DNA of 64,000 nt from Terriglobia bacterium. GTDB lineage: Bacteria > Acidobacteriota > Terriglobia > Bryobacterales > Bryobacteraceae. Position numbers and translations under genes: made by a program. Below, piece by piece: positions 54,894-62,600 of the stretch. The notes beneath the pieces were generated by a model, which did not search any database, was not told the DNA's origin, and saw only the letters and a list, made by a program, of their open reading frames with translations. Within the stretch, counting starts at the first letter, position 1; each line of letters opens with the position of its first letter. The stretch lies in contig JAIQFK010000011.1 of the NCBI GenBank assembly GCA_020073305.1, forward strand, positions 91,547 through 155,546, given 5' to 3'.

Positions 54894-56283
54894 GCTGCGC
54901 CACAGCGAGCTTGGCCTGTCTGGCCTCCAGGCTTGCCTCCAATGTCATGTCGCGCATTCCGAACTCGACGCCGATCTTCTTCAGAAAGTCGTTGGGAGGC
55001 GTGCCACCGGCGAAGATCCAGACGAAGTCGTTGGGTATCTCCTGCAACTGGCCATTAACATCGAGGATCACGGATTCCTGCCTGAATTCCACGGGATTGG
55101 AGTTGAACACGACCTTGACCTTCCCCGTCCGCATGCATTCTTCGATACGCATTGCGTTTCGCTCTTTGATGCGGCTGAAGGATTCCTTGCGATACGAGAG
55201 TGTGACGTGGTTGCCACTTTGATGCCCCAGGCCCATGGCTGCCTCGATGGCGCTGTCGCCACCACCAACCACGAGAATCCTCTTGTTGATGTAATGGTCG
55301 GCCTCAATCAGGCGGTACATGACCTTGGGCAGCTCCTCGCCTTTGACCCCAAGCTTCCGCGGCGTGCCGGCGCGGCCGAGAGCCAGGACCACGGCGCGCG
55401 CCCGGTATTCGTGTTTGCTGGTCACGATGGTGAAGGTGCCATCCTGTCCCCTGCTGATGCGCTCCATTTTCTCGCCCGTACGGACATTGAAATCCACGCG
55501 TTGGAGAACCTGGCGCCAGAAAGCAACGAGCTCTTCCTTGGAGAGCTGCATCTTCGTAAACTTTCCATACATGGGAAATTGCACGGGACTTGTCATTACC
55601 AGTTTCTGGCGCGGATACTTCGCCACCGTACCGCCAATCTCATCCTGCTCAACCGTAATGTAATGGAGCTTGCTCTCGATGGCGCGCAAGGAGGCACTGA
55701 TCCCCGCGGGACCGGCTCCCACGATCAACACATCGTAAACATCCCCGGCTGACCCGGCGCCCCCCATGGCGCTGACCCGGTTGGTGACGGTATCGATGCA
55801 ATCGCGGCCCTGGTTCACTGCATTTTTGATCAAAGCCAGCCCGCCGAGTTCTCCGACAATAAAAAGATTCTGGATGCTTGTCTCGTATTCGGGCGTCAAG
55901 TAGGGCATGTCTGTGCCCATGCTCGGGCTGGCTGTGACCATGGTGATTGCGCCCACCGGGCAGGCCTCGGCGCATAGGCTGTGGCCGATACATTTGTGTC
56001 CGTTGACGATGACCGCCTTGCCTCCCAGCATGGCAAGGACATCACCCTCGGGACACACCGTGGTGCAGGTTTGGCAGCCGATGCAGTACGTGGTGTCGAT
56101 ATGCGGATGCTGGGCCTTGGGCCCCTCGGAATATAGCTTTCCCTTTTCCGCAGCCTCGCGCGCCCGCGCCTCCCTTCTCTTCAGGCTCCTTAGATACAGG
56201 ATCAAGGGGACCGCAAGGACGAACGCCGAGACACAAAAGGTGAGAATGGTGTCGGTCATTTCAAAAGTAGCCCAGAAGGACAA
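54880..56283 (-). CDS. membrane-anchored 2x[4Fe-4S] ferredoxin domain fused to an FAD/NAD(P)-dependent (thioredoxin-reductase-like) oxidoreductase
   Basis: An N-terminal TM helix is followed by a positively charged stretch, so the catalytic part is predicted to be cytoplasmic. Two Cys clusters are present (CIGCQTCTTVCP and CIGHSLCAEACP), plus dinucleotide motifs YDVLIVGAGPAG and ILVVGGGDSAIE. Confidence 0.85.
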   Translation of the reverse strand: MSFWATFEMTDTILTFCVSAFVLAVPLILYLRSLKRREARAREAAEKGKLYSEGPKAQHPHIDTTYCIGCQTCTTVCPEGDVLAMLGGKAVIVNGHKCIGHSLCAEACPVGAITMVTASPSMGTDMPYLTPEYETSIQNLFIVGELGGLALIKNAVNQGRDCIDTVTNRVSAMGGAGSAGDVYDVLIVGAGPAGISASLRAIESKLHYITVEQDEIGGTVAKYPRQKLVMTSPVQFPMYGKFTKMQLSKEELVAFWRQVLQRVDFNVRTGEKMERISRGQDGTFTIVTSKHEYRARAVVLALGRAGTPRKLGVKGEELPKVMYRLIEADHYINKRILVVGGGDSAIEAAMGLGHQSGNHVTLSYRKESFSRIKERNAMRIEECMRTGKVKVVFNSNPVEFRQESVILDVNGQLQEIPNDFVWIFAGGTPPNDFLKKIGVEFGMRDMTLEASLEARQAKLAVAQLAEA

Positions 56284-57214
56284 CCACGCCGATGTGAATC
56301 AACACGAGCGCGGCGAACGAGTAGCTGAACGGGCGATGGACGATGTGCCAGAGATGAAACAACGAGTGAATGCGCGCAAGAAAAAGCATCTTCGCTGAGA
56401 TCCAGGACCAGCCCCGGCACGCGGAGATCACGGCCTCGAGTTCGCGATGGCCGGAAGGCAGCAATCCGCCTACGGTCGCCAGCTTTCCGAGCGGCGAGAG
56501 GGCCTTGCGGCGCAGCCTGCTCACCAGGAACGGGCGCGCGAGATCCATGCGCAGGATGGTCCACAGCGCCATGACTATGGACATCCGCGCGACCTCCTCA
56601 CGTGAAGGGAGCCTCAAAAGGGGCGCAATTTCCTCCGGCGTGAGCATCGCCTGCCGCTGCAAGTCGGCCGCCAATTTGCTCGCCTCGCTTTCCATCTCAT
56701 TGAGCGACAGTTCCGCCGTGCTCAAACTGCGGGGAATCTGTGCGTAAAGGTAGCGGCCAACGAAACCGCTGAGCGCCACGACGATCATGATCCAGTAGGC
56801 CACTCCTGCAATGCCAGCCAGCTTAAAAGAGGAATGGAACGTCACTACCAGCGGTGCGATTACACCTAAGAGCACGTGAAAATCCAGCCAGTGCCTGGTG
56901 GTTCCAATGCGGTTCAACCACGGCCATCGTTTGCGAATCGGATACAGGAACAACCCCACAAAGAGCAAGGCGCCGAGCATCCCCAGCCGCAAGCCGACCG
57001 TGCCGCTGGGTCGCAGCGCAGCGTGTAACGGGGAGTTTGCGCGCCCGGCAAGGTCCTGCCGGTAATAGGGGAAGCCGTAGATTACGAGCCAGAGAATGAC
57101 GCCGGTGGACACCAGCCACGTGAATTGCAGCCGCAGCCGGTGCCAGCGTTCGGGGTCGGATTGAACACCCGCCCGCGCGCGAGTGCTGATGGAGGTTTGG
57201 GAAACGGTTGCCAT
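56261..57214 (-). CDS. six-TM membrane protein with two H-x13-H pairs (candidate di-heme b carrier)
   Basis: 317 aa. H113/H127 (FHVLLGVIAPLVVTFH) and H293/H307 (HRPFSYSFAALVLIH) lie in or at predicted TM helices. The gene is flanked by, and overlaps, genes for redox proteins. Confidence 0.7.
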   Translation of the reverse strand: MATVSQTSISTRARAGVQSDPERWHRLRLQFTWLVSTGVILWLVIYGFPYYRQDLAGRANSPLHAALRPSGTVGLRLGMLGALLFVGLFLYPIRKRWPWLNRIGTTRHWLDFHVLLGVIAPLVVTFHSSFKLAGIAGVAYWIMIVVALSGFVGRYLYAQIPRSLSTAELSLNEMESEASKLAADLQRQAMLTPEEIAPLLRLPSREEVARMSIVMALWTILRMDLARPFLVSRLRRKALSPLGKLATVGGLLPSGHRELEAVISACRGWSWISAKMLFLARIHSLFHLWHIVHRPFSYSFAALVLIHIGVVVLLGYF

Positions 57215-57217
57215 AAG

Positions 57218-58009
57218 TTACTGTTTGGGGCTCTCTGTCTTGGTGTCTGTCGTGACTGAGAACCTACGGTATCGCGCAAACTGGTGGACGTTTCGCCAGC
57301 GTTGATGTTCGGTGCCGGCCTCGATCACGGCCACTTCCGGCAGCCAGGCAGTTTCCTTTTCACTTTGGAACTGCACGGGCACATAGCGCACATCGCTCCA
57401 TAGTTCTCGCAGACCCACGTCAGGCATCGACGTCTTCAATCCGGCATGGATACGGCTGACGTAGCCGGTTTTGGGATCGATCCAGGCGGAACCTTGCCAC
57501 TCCAGTGGATAATCGCGCCCGCGCAACTGTAGCGCGGCCGGAGTGCGCCGTCCCTGAATATGTTCAAAGCGGACCTCCTGGAGCTTTCTGCCGTTGATAT
57601 CCTCCAGGGCGACTGGAGTGAATTCGTAACTGGACTGGAAATAAGGATGGAAGATCAGGACCAGTGTGGAGAAACCCGCGGTGGAGAGCAACGGCCGGTC
57701 ACTCGCCTTTTTTGGCTGCCCTTGGGGCAGGCGCGATTCGTCCACCGTCAGGTCGTCACCTGTCAGTTGCAACATAATGAGGTAATCGAAAGTGGAGGTG
57801 CGCTGCACCAGCACTTTGCCGCTCGCGCCCAGCTTGGTTTGCAGGACCGTCTCCGTGCACGAGACCGCGGAGAACTGGTCCCAGAATTCTTCCACGCGTT
57901 TTCCGGTGCGATCGAGAAGGCCATCCAGCGGTACCGCGGTCGCCGTCGCGCCCACCAGTTTAAAACCGATAGCCAAGACTGAAAAGAATTTGATCATAGT
58001 TCTGCACAT
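57218..58009 (-). CDS. secreted/periplasmic protein, unknown function
   Basis: 263-aa ORF with a signal-like N-terminus (MIKFFSVLAIGFKLVGATATA), no Cys-rich or heme motifs, and a beta-rich sequence. It overlaps the barrel gene's 3' end and ends 3 nt before the next gene. Confidence 0.7.
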   Translation of the reverse strand: MCRTMIKFFSVLAIGFKLVGATATAVPLDGLLDRTGKRVEEFWDQFSAVSCTETVLQTKLGASGKVLVQRTSTFDYLIMLQLTGDDLTVDESRLPQGQPKKASDRPLLSTAGFSTLVLIFHPYFQSSYEFTPVALEDINGRKLQEVRFEHIQGRRTPAALQLRGRDYPLEWQGSAWIDPKTGYVSRIHAGLKTSMPDVGLRELWSDVRYVPVQFQSEKETAWLPEVAVIEAGTEHQRWRNVHQFARYRRFSVTTDTKTESPKQ

Positions 58010-59630
58010 TTCCGCGATACATAGTGGCGCCGCCGCTTACGAAATAGTGGGATGCGAAAAACCAATCCAGATCGTAAGTCAGGAAGTTTCCCCGGCCTTG
58101 GCTGCTAAAGGTTGAGCGCACATTCTGCTGACCGGCTTGCAACGACATGCGCAGCTTTTCGCCAAAATCCCGAAGCAAGGTGGCCGTCGTGTAGTGCCCC
58201 TTGCCGAATGAGCTGTCAAATTTCGAGTATTGCAAATCCGCCCGCATCCCACTCTGCCCGAGACGGCCGAGCATGAGCCCGTACATCTGATTCCAGGAGG
58301 CCCTGAGGTCGGAATCACGCCGGTTGCGTCCCAGATTGGTGTAGACGCTGGCGTGGTACGGCAAATTCACGCGGACGCCTGCGCTCGTGCCCTGGAACAG
58401 GAACTTCTGCAACAGGCCGGTGCCCAACAGGCGCAGATCGAACGTGGGGACGTTGCGGAAGTAGCTGTCGTTGAAGTCAAATGCGATCACGCGGTGCGGC
58501 TGAAATCGCACGGTGAGAAAACTGCGGCTCAGCACCGGACCGCTTTCGGTCGAGCCCAGCCGGCCCCGGACCAACTGGTCGGCTTGCAGATCGTGATAGA
58601 TGGAAAAATACTGTTTGAAGAAAATGCTGTTTTCGAAAAACGCAAATTGCCGCTCGGCGCGCCATTTCAGCCGGGTCAGCGCCACACCCGCCGTGCCCGA
58701 ATAGCGGATCCCGTCAAAGCTGCCGGCCGCAATGTTAGTGAAGGCACCCGCCATCTGGCGATCCTTGTTGTAGTTCCACGACGTGGGGTCGGGCGTGGAG
58801 CCTCCGAAAATTCCAGCCGTCACGCGGCCGAACTTTCGCGCGAAGTACGCACCATCAATCGTGTCCAGACTGCTCGCCCACGGAAGCAGCAGACGTCCTA
58901 TCCCCGCCACGTAGTGCGAATTCGGATTGTCGTAATAAAGGCCGATATGATAGGTGCGGTTAAGCAAGTCGGTGAGCGTCTCCTGCCCTGCGCCACTGCT
59001 CGAGGTCAGCCGGCCGTGCCAGTACCCGGTGAAATTCCAGTACGAACCGCCAATTCGCGTCATGTCGGCGCGGAGCGACATGCCTTCCTGAGTGGAGCTC
59101 GCTTGCGACGGGCCATGGTCTTGTATGGTGGATTGCTCGAGCGCCACCCGTCCCCGGATCCGATTGACTTCAGGTAAAGGCGGCCGCGGCACATACGCAC
59201 GCAGTTCCTCTTCCAGGGGATCGCCTTCCGTGAAGCTGACTACCTGAGCGTACTTGCGCGCGCTTTTGGAAGAGTAAACCATGCGGGCCGTTTCCGTATC
59301 CTGCGCGGAAAGATACGCGAGATCGCCGACCTCCAATTCCATTTCGTGGGACTTGATTTCACACGCCGCCGAGCTTTCCGCAAGCGAGACCACCACCACT
59401 TCGGCAACCGGCTTGGCGTCCATCTCGGCGTCACCCGGCTTCCGGCGCTTCACCGTGAGATGGAAGCCCTCGGCCAGACCGGCGCCACGTCCACCATCCA
59501 GGTACACAGCTCCGCTGGCTACATATCGAACGTGAAAAGTCGTACGCGGTTCCTGACCTTGAGCGTGCCCGGCCACGGCAAGGGCCAGCACGGGCCACCA
59601 GGTCGATAGATAATGGCGTCCGCGTATCAA
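57960..59630 (-). CDS. outer-membrane beta-barrel protein (porin-like) with an N-terminal soluble domain
   Basis: Signal peptide (WWPVLALAVAGHAQG), about 430 aa of alternating amphipathic beta pattern rich in Y/G/N/R, and a canonical OMP C-terminus ...ILFSLGYRF ending in Phe. Its TTG start overlaps the cytochrome stop (TTGA). Confidence 0.8.
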   Translation of the reverse strand: MIRGRHYLSTWWPVLALAVAGHAQGQEPRTTFHVRYVASGAVYLDGGRGAGLAEGFHLTVKRRKPGDAEMDAKPVAEVVVVSLAESSAACEIKSHEMELEVGDLAYLSAQDTETARMVYSSKSARKYAQVVSFTEGDPLEEELRAYVPRPPLPEVNRIRGRVALEQSTIQDHGPSQASSTQEGMSLRADMTRIGGSYWNFTGYWHGRLTSSSGAGQETLTDLLNRTYHIGLYYDNPNSHYVAGIGRLLLPWASSLDTIDGAYFARKFGRVTAGIFGGSTPDPTSWNYNKDRQMAGAFTNIAAGSFDGIRYSGTAGVALTRLKWRAERQFAFFENSIFFKQYFSIYHDLQADQLVRGRLGSTESGPVLSRSFLTVRFQPHRVIAFDFNDSYFRNVPTFDLRLLGTGLLQKFLFQGTSAGVRVNLPYHASVYTNLGRNRRDSDLRASWNQMYGLMLGRLGQSGMRADLQYSKFDSSFGKGHYTTATLLRDFGEKLRMSLQAGQQNVRSTFSSQGRGNFLTYDLDWFFASHYFVSGGATMYRGNVQNYDQILFSLGYRF

Positions 59631-62600
59631 TCGGCCCTCCCCCGGGGGTGGCAGGAGTAACAGTTCAGGCTGTTGTAGACATATCCTTTCACGTCCTTGT
59701 GGTGACCGTCGGTCGTACTCTTATCGTGCGTGTGGCAATTAATGCAGCTGAACACGGAATAATCGGAAGCATTCGTATGGCAGTCGCCACAAGTAGTCCA
59801 CACGCCTTGGTTGTGCGCGCCTGAATAGATGGGGAATTGGGTGTGATTGAACGTTGCGCCCGACCACGAAGTCGTCGTGTGGCAAGTGTCGCAGGTGGTG
59901 GGGAACCCGGCCGCCACGTGATTCGGATTCGTGGTTGTCTGGTACTCCTTCTGGTGGCAACCGTAACAGGCCGTGGAGGACAGGTTGTAGTTGCCGCCCA
60001 CGTGGCACGACGCGCAGGGCGTAGTGGAGTGCACGCCCGTTAACGCAAAACCCGTCTTGCTGTGATCGAACGTAGCGCCCGCCCACGAGGTTGTGCTGTG
60101 ACACGTATCGCAGGTGGTAGGAAACCCAGCCGCCGCGTGGGCGGGGTTAGTGGTGCCGTTGTAATCGGTTTGGTGGCAGTTGATGCAGGCGCCGCTGTTC
60201 AGGCTGTAATTGTTGTTGGTGTGGCACTGCGCGCACTGCAGGTTCACGTGCGCGCCCGTCAGGGCGAAACCGGTGGTTGCATGATTAAACGTTGCACCCA
60301 GCCAATTGGTGGTGGTGTGGCACAGGGTGCAATCCTGCGGGAACCCCGCCGATTGGTGAGGGGGATTTGTGGTGCCGTTGTAATCGGTCAGGTGACAGTT
60401 GATGCAGGCGCCGCTTGTCAGGCTGTAATTGTTGTTGACGTGGCATTGCGCGCACTGCAGGTTCACGTGCGCGCCGGTCAGAGCGAAGCCCGTGGTCGCG
60501 TGATTAAACGTTGCGCCTAGCCAATTGGTGGTGGTGTGGCACAGGGTGCAATCCTGCGGGAACCCCGCTGATTTGTGAGGCGGATTGTTGGTGCCGTTGT
60601 AATCAGTCAAATGGCAGTTGATACACGCGCCGCTGGTGAGGCTGAAATTATTGTTGGTGTGGCACTGTGCGCACTGCAGGTTGACATGCGCCCCGGTGAG
60701 GGCGAAGCCCGTGGTTGTGTGATTGAAGGTGGCGCTGGTCCAGTTGGTGGTGGTGTGGCAGAGGGTGCAATCCTGCGGGAACCCAGCCGATTTGTGAGGC
60801 GGATTATTCGTGCCATTGTAGTCGGTCAGGTGACAGTTGATGCACGCGCCGCTGGTGAGGCTGTAATTGTTATTGACGTGGCACTGCGCGCACTGCAGGT
60901 TGACATGCGCGCCGGTCAGCGCGAAGCCCGTGGTGGCATGGTTGAAAGTAGCGCCCAGCCAATTGGTGGTGGTGTGGCAGGAGTCACACGTGGTCGGAAA
61001 CCCGCCGGCTTTGTGCGGCGGATTGGTGGCGCCGTTGTAATCGGTCAGGTGGCAGTTGATGCAGGCGCCACTGGTCAGGCTGTAATTGTTGTTGGTGTGG
61101 CATTGTGCGCACTGCAGGTTCACGTGCGCGCCGGTCAGCGCGAAGCCCGTGGTCGTATGGTTGAAGGTGGCACCGGTCCAGTTGGTGGTCGTGTGGCACA
61201 GGGTGCAGTCCTGGGGGAAGCCTGCTGACTTGTGAGGCGGATTATTCGTGCCATTGTAGTCGGTCAGGTGACAGTTGATGCACGCGCCGCTGGTGAGGCT
61301 GTAATTGTTATTGACGTGGCACTGCGCGCACTGCAGGTTGACGTGCGCGCCGGTCAGCGCGAAGCCCGTGGTCGCATGGTTGAACGTGGCGCCCAGCCAA
61401 TTGGTGGTGGTGTGGCACAGGGTGCAATCCTGCGGGAACCCAGCCGATTTGTGTGGCGGATTATTGGTGCCGTTGTAATCGGTCAGGTGACAGTTGATGC
61501 AGGCCGCGCTGGTCAGGTTGAAATTGTTGTTGGTGTGGCACTGCGCGCACTGCAGGTTGACATGCGCGCCGGTTAGAGCGAACCCCGTGGTTGTGTGATT
61601 GAACGTTGCACCCAGCCAGTTGGTGGTGGTATGGCACACCGAGCAGTCGGTTGGGAATCCGGCCGAGACGTGATTCGGGTTGGTCGTACCCTGGAAATCC
61701 TTCAGATGGCAGCTCGCGCAGGCCGTTGACAAGCTGCTGAAGTTCCCTCCGACGTGGCACTGATTGCAAGCCGTTGTCTGATGAGCGCCGGTCAACGGGA
61801 ACGCTGTTTTCGAATGATCGAACTGCGCGCCGGCCCACGAGGCTGTGGTGTGGCAGGCTGAGCAGAGTGTCGGAAACCCGGCCGCCACGTGGCTGGGATT
61901 CGTGGTTTTGTTGAAATCCGTCAGGTGGCAGCCGGCGCAATCGGTTGGAGTTCCGGCGAACTTGCCTCCAACGTGGCACTGGCTGCACGCCAGGCTCACA
62001 TGCGCGCCCGTCAGGGGAAACTTGGTGGCCGTGCTGTGATTGAAGACAGCGTTTGCCCACGAGGCGGTGTTGTGGCAGACCTCGCAGGTGGTCGGGAAGG
62101 CGGCTGCGGCGTGAGGCGGATTGTTAGTGCTGGCGAAATCCTTCTGATGGCAGCCAATGCAGGTTGCCGCGGTCAACTTGTAATTGTTGTTGACGTGGCA
62201 CTGCGTGCACGCGATGGTCGCATGGAAACCCGTCAAGGCGAATCCAGTGGTCGTGTGGTTGAAGGTGACGGCGCTCCATTGCGCCGTGGTGTGGCACCAC
62301 TGGCATGTGGTCGGCTGTCCCATCGCCACGTGGTTGGGTTGCGTCGTGTTCTTGTAATCCTGCATATGGCACCCCACGCAATCCGTCGGCAAGCTTCCGC
62401 CGGATGATTTGCTGGTGTGGCACTGGCTGCAGGTCAAAGTGGTGTGCGCCCCGTTGAGTGGAAAGATCGTCTTCGAATGATCGAATTGCGCGCCTGCCCA
62501 TGAACTTGTCGTGTGGCAGTCTGCGCAAGTGGTCGGGAAGCCCGTCGTCACGTGGCTGGGACTCGTGGTCTTTTTGAAATCCGTCAGGTGGCAACTCACG

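Noticed and set aside
60062-62407. Plus-strand repeat-containing ORFs (60062-60520, 60575-61228, 61232-61576, 61889-62407), and the possibility that the periodic repeats are a CRISPR-like or other non-coding array.
   Set aside because: The 219-bp period is a multiple of three. The minus-strand frame encodes uninterrupted CXXCH modules, and there are no unique spacers between short repeats. The plus-strand ORFs are mirror images of the cytochrome repeats.
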